Source of the DNA: Candidatus Dormiibacterota bacterium
GTDB lineage: Bacteria; Chloroflexota; Dormibacteria; Aeolococcales; Aeolococcaceae
Reading direction: 5' to 3'
Assembly: GCA_963708605.1 (NCBI GenBank)
Contig: CAVPTG010000011.1
Span: forward strand, 76,639 to 140,638
Length of the DNA stretch: 64,000 nucleotides
Of this stretch, positions 50,525-59,700 are shown in pieces; position 1 is the stretch's first letter, and each line of letters starts with the position of its first letter. The notes under the pieces are model-generated. The model saw only the letters and a list, made by a program, of their open reading frames with translations, had not been told where the DNA came from and searched no databases. Position numbers and translations under genes: made by a program.

Positions 50525-51679
50525 ATGGCCCCGGAGCAGGAGATGACCAGGCGGGTCGGCGCACCCAGCAGCATGATGTGGCCGATTCCGACGTTCGCGC
50601 GACTCGGCTGGGGCGCGATCTGGCTCGTCTTCCTCGGCTACCCGATCGCCGACATCATCGGCACCGGATACTCCCCCACCAAGGCGGTCATCGCATGGAT
50701 CTGCCTGGTCGGTTTCGCCGCCACGTATCTGTTCGCCATGTGGGTCTGCCTCACGCTGGTCCCGCGCGTCGCGACCGGCGTGTGGCTCCTGCCGCTCGCC
50801 GCACTGTTCGTGGAGGGCATCACCCTCGCGCTGGTGTTCCGGGGGCAGTGGAGCGGAGTCCTCGTGTACTGCGGCGTCTGTGCCGGGTGGACGCTTCGCT
50901 GGCGCTTTCTCGCCCCCGTCCTGCTCGCCCTCGGCGCCTTCATGGTCGTGTCGGGTGTGCTCCTCGGCTATTCATGGGCCGACCTCGGATTCATCACCTT
51001 CCTCACGGTCGCGCTCGGTTTCACCATGCTGGCCTTCCGCGGGCTGATCGCGACGGTCATCGAGCTCCGCAGCGCACGCGCCGAGGTGGCGCGTCTGGCG
51101 ATCGCCGACGAGCGCCTGCGCATCTCCCGTGATGTTCATGACATCCTTGGCCACAGCCTGTCGGTGATCGCGCTCAAGGCGCAGGTGGCCCGCCGCCTGA
51201 TGACCACCGACCCGCAGGCGGCCGCCGATGCGATGGGTGACGTCGAATCGGTTGCGCGCGAATCACTGGCGGAGGTGCGCGGGATGGTCACCGCATACCG
51301 GCAGCGTTCGCTCGCCGACGAGCTGCAGGGCGCACGCGACGTGCTCGATGCCGCCGGCATCGCGTTCGAGGTGACCCGCGACAGCGCCGTGCCGCCGGCG
51401 CCGGTCGACAGCCTGCTCGCCTGGACGGTGCGCGAGGGCGTGACCAATGTCCTGCGCCACAGCCGCGCCCATCACTGCGAGATCTCGCTCTCCGCGAGCA
51501 ACGGCGGATTCACGGTCGCCATCGTCGATGACGGCGTCGGCGGCGTCGCCAGCGCGGGAGGCAGCGGGTTGCACGGTCTGCGCGAGCGAGTCGGTGCCGC
51601 CGGCGGCCGCGTCGATGCCGGTCCCGGCGATCGGGGCGGCTTCCGCCTCCAGGCCTACGTTCCCCGGGCGGCGGCGTGA
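50525..51679 (+). CDS. sensor histidine kinase, HisKA_3 (DesK/LiaS-type), multi-TM intramembrane sensor
   Basis: 5-6 N-terminal TM helices. H-box ERLRISRDVHDILGHSL. ATPase motifs REGVTNVLRHS and GGSGLHGLRERV. Confidence 0.85.
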   Translation: MAPEQEMTRRVGAPSSMMWPIPTFARLGWGAIWLVFLGYPIADIIGTGYSPTKAVIAWICLVGFAATYLFAMWVCLTLVPRVATGVWLLPLAALFVEGITLALVFRGQWSGVLVYCGVCAGWTLRWRFLAPVLLALGAFMVVSGVLLGYSWADLGFITFLTVALGFTMLAFRGLIATVIELRSARAEVARLAIADERLRISRDVHDILGHSLSVIALKAQVARRLMTTDPQAAADAMGDVESVARESLAEVRGMVTAYRQRSLADELQGARDVLDAAGIAFEVTRDSAVPPAPVDSLLAWTVREGVTNVLRHSRAHHCEISLSASNGGFTVAIVDDGVGGVASAGGSGLHGLRERVGAAGGRVDAGPGDRGGFRLQAYVPRAAA

Positions 51680-52281
51680 TCCGGGTCCTGCTCGCCGAGG
51701 ATCAGGGGATGGTTCGCGGCGCGCTCGCCACCCTGCTCGCGCTCGAGGCCGACATCGAGGTGGTTGCCCAGTGCTCGCGTGGCGATGAGGTCGTCGCTGC
51801 AGCTCTGGCCGCGCGCCCCGACGTTGCGCTGCTGGATATCGAGATGCCCGGGCTCGACGGCCTCAAGGCGGCGTCACTCCTCCATCAGGCGCTACCGGAC
51901 TGCACGATCATCATCCTCACCACGTTCGGCCGGCCCGGATACCTGCGCCGCGCCATGGAAGCGGGAGCGACCGGGTTCGTCGTCAAGGACGGCCCGGCGG
52001 ATCAGCTCGCGGTGTCCATCCGGCGCGCCGTGGCGGGCGAGCGGGTCATCGATACCGCGCTTGCCGCCGCCGCCCTGAGTGACGGCTCCAACCCGCTCAC
52101 CCCCCGCGAGCGCGACATCCTCCACGCGGCATCCGGCGGCGCCACCATCGCGACCATCGCGACCTCGATGTTCCTGTCGCAGGGGACGGTGCGCAACTAC
52201 CTGTCATCGGCGATCCAGAAGACCGGCGCGCGCAACCGTCTCGAGGCCGTGCGCACCGCCGAGCAGCACGGCTGGCTGTAG
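51676..52281 (+). CDS. response regulator, NarL/LuxR family
   Basis: [22 protein letters not shown], and a C-terminal HTH (LSQGTVRNYLSSAIQKTG). GTGA overlap with the kinase stop. Confidence 0.9.
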   Translation: MIRVLLAEDQGMVRGALATLLALEADIEVVAQCSRGDEVVAAALAARPDVALLDIEMPGLDGLKAASLLHQALPDCTIIILTTFGRPGYLRRAMEAGATGFVVKDGPADQLAVSIRRAVAGERVIDTALAAAALSDGSNPLTPRERDILHAASGGATIATIATSMFLSQGTVRNYLSSAIQKTGARNRLEAVRTAEQHGWL

Positions 52282-52290
52282 CCGGCCTGG

Positions 52291-52852
52291 TCAGTCGACG
52301 TAGCGGGCGGTCAAGCCTGCGCGGTCCAGCGCCGGACGTGACAGCGCCAGGGGAACCGACCGCGCCAGCGCGCGCGCCGGGTCGACAGGAACGGCCCCAA
52401 CCACGCCGAGGCTATCGCTGGTGAGGACTCGTGCCCCCGCAGGGTCGAACCCGGCCGCCAGGATCCGTGACGGTTGTGCGGCATCCTCCCGGCGGGCTGC
52501 GTAGAGCGCCCCTCGGCCCGCGTCGGTCGCGACCCAGTCCCCATCAACTGCGTCGGGCTCGCCGCATGCGAGCACCTCGAGCGAGCCGACGCCGTGGAGT
52601 GGCACGTCGCGCGCCTGAGCGATCCCGAGTGCGGCCGCCATACCGGCTCGAACGCCGGTGTACGTCCCCGGCCCGGTCACGACCACCACCGCCGTGTCGA
52701 CGCGGGCCAGCATCCGCCCCAGCACTCGGGGGAGCGACGCCGCTACCGGCTCATCGCGGATCACCTCGGCATCGAGCAGCTCACCAGCCGTCGACGCCAC
52801 CAGACAGACGACCCGCGACCGCGACGACGGTGTCGATGGCGAGGACGCTCAC
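52291..52852 (-). pseudogene. tsaB: tRNA threonylcarbamoyladenosine biosynthesis protein TsaB, one frameshift
   Basis: The N-terminus VSVLAIDTVVAVAG starts at GTG 52852, in a GTGA overlap with the tsaE stop, and is in a different frame from the body (VVVVTGPGTYTGVRAGMAAALGIA). The frames join within about 52784-52812. The span is 3n+1. Confidence 0.75.
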
Positions 52853-53325
52853 CGCGATCCCTGGTCCGTCCACGCGCCGGCCAGCCGCAGCGGCGCACCG
52901 GGCGGCGGGCTGATCACCCGCGACCCGTCGTCATCGATGTCGATGCTGATGCTCGCGGATGCGTCCCGCTCGCGATCGGCATGCTCACCCCACTCGACGA
53001 CGACCACGCCGCCGGACTCGAGCATGTCGTCGATATCGAGCAGCCGGATGTCCGCGCCGGGGCCGAGCCGGTACAGGTCGAGGTGGTGGAGCACCTTGGG
53101 GTCGGCGCGATACACGTGGTGCAGCACGAACGTCGGGGATCGCACCAGGGCCGGGTCGATGCCCATGCCCGCCGCGATCCCGCGCACCAGGACTGTCTTG
53201 CCGGCACCGAGCTGCCCGCTCAGGAGGATGAGGTCGCCGGGCTGCACGCGGGTGCCGATGCGCTCGCCCAGCGCGAGCGTCTCCGCCTCGGTCGAGCAGC
53301 GCACCGCAGGCGCGAGGTCGGTCAC
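52849..53325 (-). CDS. tsaE: tRNA threonylcarbamoyladenosine biosynthesis ATPase TsaE
   Basis: 158 aa. ILLSGQLGAGKTVLVRG, SPTFVLHHVY and HLDLYRL. Confidence 0.9.
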   Translation of the reverse strand: MTDLAPAVRCSTEAETLALGERIGTRVQPGDLILLSGQLGAGKTVLVRGIAAGMGIDPALVRSPTFVLHHVYRADPKVLHHLDLYRLGPGADIRLLDIDDMLESGGVVVVEWGEHADRERDASASISIDIDDDGSRVISPPPGAPLRLAGAWTDQGSR

Positions 53326-54362
53326 GCGAAGTGCCTCGACGTGGTGCGCGGGGGTGGCACCGACGCGCCTCCCTCGCGGTCGAGGACGGTCACGCCTGCT
53401 CCCTCACAGAGGCGCCCGACCACCGTGAGCGGCGCAAGCCTCGAGGGCCAGGTGTCGAGCAGTGACGCCAGCGCCTCCGGGGGCAGGGCCGCAACCAGCT
53501 CGAAGTCCTCGCCGCCGCCGACCGCAAGGTCGGGCCACGACGAGCCGAAGTCGGAGACCAGGGCCGGTTCCACCGGGAGCCGGTCGAGCCAGATCTCCGC
53601 GCCGCACCCGGACACGTCGGTGATCCGCTCCAGCTCGATGAGCAGCCCGTCGCTGATGTCGCCGCCGCAGCGCACCCCGGACGAGGTCAGCGCAAGTCCC
53701 TCGGCGATGCGTGCCGCCGGCGAGAGCTGGGCGTCCACCCAGCCCTGCTCCTGTTCGGACGGCTCGCCGCCTTCCAGCAGGAGGCGCAGACCCGCGGCCG
53801 CTCTTCCGAGCGTTCCGGTGACCACCACGACGTCCCCGGGGTGTCCGGTGTCGCGGCGGAGCGCCGTCCCGGGCATCAGCGTCCCGCCGACCACGACATC
53901 GATGACCAGCGGCCCGTCGATGTCGCTGACGTCGCCTCCGGCAACCGCGCACCCGGCCGCCGTCGCCGCGGCGCACAGCCCGCGCTGGATCTCGAGGACG
54001 TCCTCGAAGCTCGTGGTCGAAGGCGCGCACAACGTGGCCGAGCACCACACCGGGGTGGCACCCATCCCGGCGAGGTCGGACAGGGCGACGGTCAATGCGC
54101 GGGCTCCGAGCCGGCGAGGAGTGATCCACCAGCGGCGGAAATCAATCCCCTCGACCAGGGCATCCTGGCTCAGCGCAAGGTCCCGCCCCGGCGCGGGCGA
54201 CCAGACCGCCGCATCGTCACCCGAGCCGATCGCCAGCGTCGCCGGCGAGGCCCGAGCGATCTCGGTGAGCGCGCGCAGCAGGGCCCGCTCACCGACGTCC
54301 GCCAGGGTCGGGCCTCCCTCGTCGAAGGCTCGTTCGCGTGTCCGATGTTGATCCAACGTCAC
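53322..54362 (-). CDS. thiL: thiamine-monophosphate kinase
   Basis: 346 aa. IGSGDDAAV, ALTVALSDLAGMGA, GGDVS and GGGEDFELV. Confidence 0.85.
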   Translation of the reverse strand: MTLDQHRTRERAFDEGGPTLADVGERALLRALTEIARASPATLAIGSGDDAAVWSPAPGRDLALSQDALVEGIDFRRWWITPRRLGARALTVALSDLAGMGATPVWCSATLCAPSTTSFEDVLEIQRGLCAAATAAGCAVAGGDVSDIDGPLVIDVVVGGTLMPGTALRRDTGHPGDVVVVTGTLGRAAAGLRLLLEGGEPSEQEQGWVDAQLSPAARIAEGLALTSSGVRCGGDISDGLLIELERITDVSGCGAEIWLDRLPVEPALVSDFGSSWPDLAVGGGEDFELVAALPPEALASLLDTWPSRLAPLTVVGRLCEGAGVTVLDREGGASVPPPRTTSRHFA

Positions 54363-54516
54363 ACGACCGCAATATACGTGGCGTGCCCGCAGGGTACCGT
54401 GGCCCGCGATGTCCGGCTTGCGTTCGGACCCCTCGTGTCGCTATGGTGCCGCGGGGGACGCACCGACCGATGCCTGATTTGGGCACCAGCGGCAGACAAC
54501 ACGGAGGACGCCTATT

Positions 54517-55602
54517 TTGACGTGGAGCCGGAAGGTGGCCCTGACAGTGGCAGGCGTCATCACCCTTCTGGCCACCGGAATCGGAGCCATCCCAGACACT
54601 CAGGCAAACGGCGCGCATGCGCCGAGCTCCGCGATCGCAGCGCTGCAGGCGCGGCGCGCGCAACTCATCGCAGAGCTCGCCGCGATGCAACCGAGCCTCA
54701 CTGCTGCAGGTGGGTCCGTCAATTCGGCGGAATCGTTGTTCAACGCCCAGCAGACACGGGTGTTGAACGAACGCAATCAGCTCGTCAAGCTGAACGCGAT
54801 GTTGCTGTCGCTGAGCAGCCAGCTCAACAGCAACAACGCCACCGCCATGCAGGACAAGGCGCAGCTCGCCGGCATCACGCGCGCCACCTACGAAACCAGC
54901 GGCAACAACCAGGTGCTCACCGCGGTGCTCAGCGCCGGCTCCTTCAATCAGGCGATCGACGACCTGAAGGCGGCGAACCAGGTGTCACAGCAGGTTCTCA
55001 ACCTCGTCGAGCGCCTCGCCGCGGCCAACCACGCGATCGTCGCCGAGCAGAATTCGATCCGAGGTGACGCGGTGTCGGCGCAGCAACTCGAGGCACAGCT
55101 GGCCGCGCAGAGCGATCAATTCCTCACGGTGCTCGAGAACCGCAACACCGTGTTCGCGGGCCTCAAGGGACCGGCGCGTCAGATCGCGAGCGAGATCGCC
55201 AACATCGACAACCAGATCGCCGCGCTCGAGGCCGGCCCGCGCGTCGGAACGGGGAGCTGCGGCAACCACTTCGCGTACGGCTTCTGCACGTACTACGTCG
55301 CGACTCGCCGCTGCGTCCCATGGCTCGGCAACGCGAGCAGCTGGTACATCGCGGCGGCACAGATGGGATACAAGGAAGGCCGGGTGCCGATCGCCGGTGC
55401 GATCGTCGTCTTCTGGCCGGGTGTCGACGGCGTCAGCTCCGAAGGCCACGTCGCCTATGTGGAGGCGGTGGGACCCGCCGCAGGGATCCCTTCGGGGTCC
55501 TTCAAGCTCTCCGAGATGAACTACGCGGGCTGGAACCGGGTCGACTACCGGGTGATCAGCAACACGGCCGGCGATATCGAGGGTTTCATCTACGGGCAGT
55601 AG
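54517..55602 (+). CDS. secreted coiled-coil + CHAP-domain peptidoglycan hydrolase (PcsB-like architecture)
   Basis: TTG start with SD GGAGGA at 54503-54508. Signal/anchor VALTVAGVITLLATG. About 220 aa of Q/A/L-rich coiled coil. CHAP domain with GFCTYYV (Cys) and GHVAYVE (His). Confidence 0.8.
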   Translation: MTWSRKVALTVAGVITLLATGIGAIPDTQANGAHAPSSAIAALQARRAQLIAELAAMQPSLTAAGGSVNSAESLFNAQQTRVLNERNQLVKLNAMLLSLSSQLNSNNATAMQDKAQLAGITRATYETSGNNQVLTAVLSAGSFNQAIDDLKAANQVSQQVLNLVERLAAANHAIVAEQNSIRGDAVSAQQLEAQLAAQSDQFLTVLENRNTVFAGLKGPARQIASEIANIDNQIAALEAGPRVGTGSCGNHFAYGFCTYYVATRRCVPWLGNASSWYIAAAQMGYKEGRVPIAGAIVVFWPGVDGVSSEGHVAYVEAVGPAAGIPSGSFKLSEMNYAGWNRVDYRVISNTAGDIEGFIYGQ

Positions 55603-56830
55603 CCGCCTCGAGCGCCTGCCTGAGGCGTTCCTGGGCCCCCGGTAGGGCTTCGATCAGGTCGGACGCGAGTGCCCCCGCGCGCCCCCGGCGGGCCTGGACC
55701 ACGAGACCGGCCTCCGCATGGATGGTCACGCCGGCGATGGCCGCGTCGTGCGCCGGCAGCCCCTGAGCGAGCAGCGAGCCGATCAAGCCGGCCAGCACGT
55801 CCCCCGTCCCACCGGTGGCAAGCGCGACGATGTGGTGGCGATCGATGTGTGTGGGCTGACCAGAGGCGGCAACCACCGTCTCAGCCCCCTTGAGCACCAC
55901 CACCACGCCGTACCGGTTCGCATACCCCTCGGCGATCCCGAGGCGATCCGCCTGCACGGCCTTGGTATCCGTCCCGGCGAGCCGGGCCATCTCCGCGGGG
56001 TGTGGCGTGATGATGACGCTCTCCTCGCAACGCCTCCAGTCAAATCCCGACGCAGCGACGATGTTCAATGCGTCGGCGTCGACGACGGTGCGGCACGGCA
56101 ACCCGACGAGGAGGTCGAGGAGCGCGTTGACCGTCTCAGGTTCGCGACCGAGCCCTGGCCCGATCACCATCGCGTCAGCCCCCTTCAGGTGTTGGCGGAT
56201 GATGGGAAGCGCATCCGGATGCAGTACTCCCGTGCCCGCGTCCGGCAGCGGCGTCGGCATCACCTCGAGACACCCGACCGCAACGATCGGATGGATGGCC
56301 TCGGGCACGCAGACCTCGACGAGGCCGGCGCCGCCGCGCGCAGCTCCCATCGCCGCCAGCCGAGGAGCACCGGTGAAGTGCTTCGATCCGGCGATGACCA
56401 CGACCCGCCCGAAGGTGCCCTTGTTCGCGTCGTCCGGCCGCTCTGCGAGCACGAGCCCTTCCGGAGCTTCCGGGAGCGAGTGCCGCCGACCGCCCACACG
56501 GTTCACCGCCACCGCGATGGCAAGACCGCCATCGTGGGTGAGCGACAGCGCGATATCGGTCGGCTCGCCGCGAACGTGCACCTGGGGTGGACCACCGCGG
56601 CGGCGGACCACCTCGATGTCCCTGTACGCCGGCATGCGTTCGCCCATCGAGCCGTAGACCTTCTTGACCGCCTCCTTGGCGGCCCACCTGCTGGCCCATC
56701 GCTCGGGCTTGGCGGCGGCGTACCGCTGCTCACCGTCGGTGTAGATGCGCTGCGCAAACCGAGGATGACGCGCCAGCGCGGCCGCGATGCGATCCACCAC
56801 GGTCACATCGACCCCGACCACCATCGTCAT
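55586..56830 (-). CDS. holo-ACP synthase (AcpS) fused to ADP-dependent NAD(P)H-hydrate dehydratase (YjeF_C) domain
   Basis: Residues 1-110 carry GVDVTVVDRI ... WAAKEAVKKV ... SLTHDGGLAIA (AcpS). The remainder carries NKGTFGRVVVIAGS, GAPRLAAMGAARGGAGLV and ATGGTGDVLAG (NnrD/YjeF_C). Confidence 0.8.
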   Translation of the reverse strand: MTMVVGVDVTVVDRIAAALARHPRFAQRIYTDGEQRYAAAKPERWASRWAAKEAVKKVYGSMGERMPAYRDIEVVRRRGGPPQVHVRGEPTDIALSLTHDGGLAIAVAVNRVGGRRHSLPEAPEGLVLAERPDDANKGTFGRVVVIAGSKHFTGAPRLAAMGAARGGAGLVEVCVPEAIHPIVAVGCLEVMPTPLPDAGTGVLHPDALPIIRQHLKGADAMVIGPGLGREPETVNALLDLLVGLPCRTVVDADALNIVAASGFDWRRCEESVIITPHPAEMARLAGTDTKAVQADRLGIAEGYANRYGVVVVLKGAETVVAASGQPTHIDRHHIVALATGGTGDVLAGLIGSLLAQGLPAHDAAIAGVTIHAEAGLVVQARRGRAGALASDLIEALPGAQERLRQALEAATARR

Positions 56831-56837
56831 CCGACGA

Positions 56838-58670
56838 CTATTCCACAGTCACCGACTTGGCGAGGTTGCGCGGCTGGTCGACGTCGCAGCCGCGCTGCAC
56901 CGCAACGTGGTACGCGAACAGCTGCAGGGGCACGACGTTGATCAGCGGCGAGAGCACCTCCGAGCACCCGGGCACCGGGACCGGCGTGGCGAACCCGGCA
57001 TCGAACGGATCCTCGCCCTCGGTCACGAGCGCGATCACCGGCGCGTCGCGAGAATGCACCTCCTGCACGTTGCTCACCATCTTGGGCAGCGTCGCCGACC
57101 GGGTCGCGATGGCGATCACCGGAACGTCGGGCTCGAGCAGCGCGATCGGACCGTGCTTCAGCTCGCCCGCCGCATACCCCTCGGCGTGCACGTAGGAGAT
57201 CTCCTTGAGCTTGAGCGCCCCTTCCATCGCGATCGGGAAGTTGATGCCCCTGCCGATGTACAGCGCGCTCTGCGCGTGCGCGAAACGCTGACCGAGCTCG
57301 ACCAGCATCGGTTCCAGCTCGAGCGCGCGGTTGAGCAGGGTGGGCAGCTCCTGCAGCTCCGCGACCAGGCGCTGATGCTCGGCCACGTCGAGCGTGCCGC
57401 GCGCGTCACCGAGACGGAGCGCGAGCAGCATGCCGCACACCATCTGGGTCATGAAGGTCTTGGTGCCGGCAACCGAGATCTCCGGTCCGGCCTGCATGTA
57501 GAGCGCGCCGTCCGCCTCGAGCGGCAACGCGCTGCCGACGACATTCGTGATTGCAATCACCTTCGCGCCGGCCGCGTGCGCCTGACGCACGGCGGCAAGC
57601 GTGTCCGCGGTCTCACCCGACTGCGACACCGCGATCACCAGTGAATGCTCGTCGACGAGCGCCTCGCCGTAGCGGAATTCGCTCGCCGCCTCGACCTTGC
57701 AGCGAATCTTGGCGAGATGCTCGATCGCGTACCCGGCAACCATCGCTGCGTACCACGCCGATCCGCACGCGACCAGCACGACCTCGTGCACCTTCGCAAG
57801 CTGGTCGTCATCCATCCCCAGCTCCGGCAGCACGACCATGCCGAGGTCATCGACGCGGCCGCGCAGCGCGTTGCGCACCGCCTCGGGCTGCTCGTGGATC
57901 TCCTTGAGCAGAAAGTGCGGAAAGCCGTTCTTCTGCGCCTGTTCGGCCTCCCAGTCGACGGTCACGATCCGCGCCTCGACAGCGGTGCCATCGAGCTGGT
58001 GCACCGTGATCCCGTCGGGCGTCGCGGTGACGATCTCACCCTCACCGAGCAATGCGATCCGCTTGGTGTACGGGATCAGCGCGGTGATGTCACTGCTGAC
58101 GAACACCTCGCCGCGCCCGAGCCCCACCACCAGCGGCGCGTTCATCCGCGCACCGACGACGCGGTCCGGTTGATCGGCGGAGATGACCACCAGCGCGCAC
58201 GCTCCCTGCATGCGATTCAACGCGCTGCGCACCGCAGCCGCAAGGTCGCCGTGGAAGGCATCCTCGATGAGATGAGGCACGACCTCGGTGTCCGTCTCGC
58301 TGAGAAATTCGTGTCCTCGCGCCATCAGCTCGGCGCGCAGCTCGCGGTAGTTCTCGACGATGCCGTTGTGGATCACGTGAATGCGGCCGGTGCAATCCTG
58401 GTGCGGATGAGCGTTCTCGAGCGAGGGACGCCCGTGTGTCGCCCAGCGAGTGTGCCCGATGCCGACGGTGCCCGCCGGGGTCCCCTCGGCCTCGACCTGC
58501 CGGGCGAGGTCAGTGACCTTGTTGGTGTTCTTCACCGTCGCGACATCGCCTTCCGGGTCGATGATGGCGATCCCGGCCGAGTCGTAGCCCCGATACTCGA
58601 GACGCCTCAGGCTGTCGAGCAGGATCGGTGCCGCGGGGCGCGGGCCGGTGTAGCCGATGATGCCGCACAT
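56838..58670 (-). CDS. glmS: glutamine--fructose-6-phosphate aminotransferase
   Basis: 610 aa. MCGIIGY, two SIS domains, C-terminal NLAKSVTVE. Confidence 0.97.
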   Translation of the reverse strand: MCGIIGYTGPRPAAPILLDSLRRLEYRGYDSAGIAIIDPEGDVATVKNTNKVTDLARQVEAEGTPAGTVGIGHTRWATHGRPSLENAHPHQDCTGRIHVIHNGIVENYRELRAELMARGHEFLSETDTEVVPHLIEDAFHGDLAAAVRSALNRMQGACALVVISADQPDRVVGARMNAPLVVGLGRGEVFVSSDITALIPYTKRIALLGEGEIVTATPDGITVHQLDGTAVEARIVTVDWEAEQAQKNGFPHFLLKEIHEQPEAVRNALRGRVDDLGMVVLPELGMDDDQLAKVHEVVLVACGSAWYAAMVAGYAIEHLAKIRCKVEAASEFRYGEALVDEHSLVIAVSQSGETADTLAAVRQAHAAGAKVIAITNVVGSALPLEADGALYMQAGPEISVAGTKTFMTQMVCGMLLALRLGDARGTLDVAEHQRLVAELQELPTLLNRALELEPMLVELGQRFAHAQSALYIGRGINFPIAMEGALKLKEISYVHAEGYAAGELKHGPIALLEPDVPVIAIATRSATLPKMVSNVQEVHSRDAPVIALVTEGEDPFDAGFATPVPVPGCSEVLSPLINVVPLQLFAYHVAVQRGCDVDQPRNLAKSVTVE

Positions 58671-58704
58671 AGGACCTCTCTGGAACGGACGTGGCGGGAA
58701 CGGG

Positions 58705-59700
58705 TTACGTGGGTGCCGGGGACGGGCTCGGCGTGGGCGTCGGTGCCGGCGTCGGTGTCGGTGGGGGCGTCGGGAGTGCGCCCATCTCGATCATGACCGT
58801 CACCTTGGTGACCGAGAGGCTCACGCCGGCCGGGGCGACGAGGTTCACGCTCTGCGTGTACTCGCCGATGATGCCGCCGATCGGGATCGCGACCGTGTTG
58901 ATGCTCAAGAACGAGTTGAGCAGATCCTGCGGTGCGGTTGCGATGACCGTCTGCGGGGTGACCACGACCGCCAGCAGGCGATACCCGGTGGGCGGATTTC
59001 CGACGAGCTTCTCCGTCACCGCGACGGTTTTGCTCGTGACGTACGCCGTGATTGAGATGGTGACGTTGACCTGGGCGGGGCTGGAGGCGAGGTCGTTGAT
59101 CCGATGGTTGTCGGCGTCATACACGTAGACGGGAACCTGCGCCGCAAAGTTGACCTTCTGGTTGCTCAGGTTGACCGCGACCTCCGCCTTGATGCCGGCA
59201 AGCTCATGTTCCGGCCCGCGGACCGCCACGACAGACGGGGACGACCGGTAGGTGCCGTACTCGTAGCCGACCGGCGGCGTGTTGGTGATGTTGATCAGGA
59301 CGGGCACGGAGACCGACCCAAACTTGTCCACGTCGACCTGCAGGGACGTCGGTGGACCGATCAGCTCGATCTGCGGATCGGTGTTGATGATCGACATCGG
59401 GATGGAATAGGTGCCAACTCGGTTCACGGCCGCCCAGTCCACGTTGGCGATGAGCACGGCGGGATTCAACGCATCAAGGGTGTTCTGCGAACCGCCCACA
59501 CGCACCTGCGCGTTGTTCACCGGGTGCACGAGCACATACCCGGCGGGAAGGCTTATGGAGCTCTGCTGGATGGGAACCGATATCAGGCGGGTCTCCGGCG
59601 GATTGCCCGCGTACACCACGCCGACCCAGGTCACGAACGCGATGAAGAAGCACAGGACCTTGAGCTTCCAGTTCCGCCGGACGAACCCCGGGAGCCTCAC
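58705..59700 (-). CDS. cdaR: YbbR-domain protein, CdaA regulator CdaR
   Basis: N-terminal TM (KVLCFFIAFVTWVGVVYA), repeated YbbR-like beta modules, and a Pro/Thr tail. GTGA overlap with the cdaA stop. Confidence 0.75.
   Translation of the reverse strand: MRLPGFVRRNWKLKVLCFFIAFVTWVGVVYAGNPPETRLISVPIQQSSISLPAGYVLVHPVNNAQVRVGGSQNTLDALNPAVLIANVDWAAVNRVGTYSIPMSIINTDPQIELIGPPTSLQVDVDKFGSVSVPVLINITNTPPVGYEYGTYRSSPSVVAVRGPEHELAGIKAEVAVNLSNQKVNFAAQVPVYVYDADNHRINDLASSPAQVNVTISITAYVTSKTVAVTEKLVGNPPTGYRLLAVVVTPQTVIATAPQDLLNSFLSINTVAIPIGGIIGEYTQSVNLVAPAGVSLSVTKVTVMIEMGALPTPPPTPTPAPTPTPSPSPAPT
58708..58773 (-). repeat. low-complexity coding repeat (PTPPPTPTPAPTPTPSPSPAPT linker/tail of CdaR)
   Basis: Reiterated GGNGTN/GGNGNC units are visible on the plus strand. 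They are in frame and end at the stop codon. Confidence 0.6.

Noticed and set aside
54363-54516. c-di-AMP (ydaO-type) riboswitch upstream of the CHAP hydrolase. This was a tempting idea because that class often precedes cell-wall hydrolase genes and cdaA is nearby.
   Set aside because: Only a loose GCGGGGGACGCA resemblance to the GGGGACCCA box is present. I could not find the conserved GGGGUGAAUC or CCGAAUCCGACAGCU-type segments. A covariance-model scan is needed before any claim.
58671-58704. Possible glmS ribozyme upstream of glmS.
   Set aside because: Only 34 nt separate glmS from the cdaR stop, which is far too short for the ribozyme. None of its conserved core is visible.
58708-58773. 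Short tandem GC-rich repeats that could be mistaken for a repeat array.
   Set aside because: They are in frame and encode the Pro/Thr/Ser/Ala-rich tail of CdaR. There is no spacer/repeat organisation.
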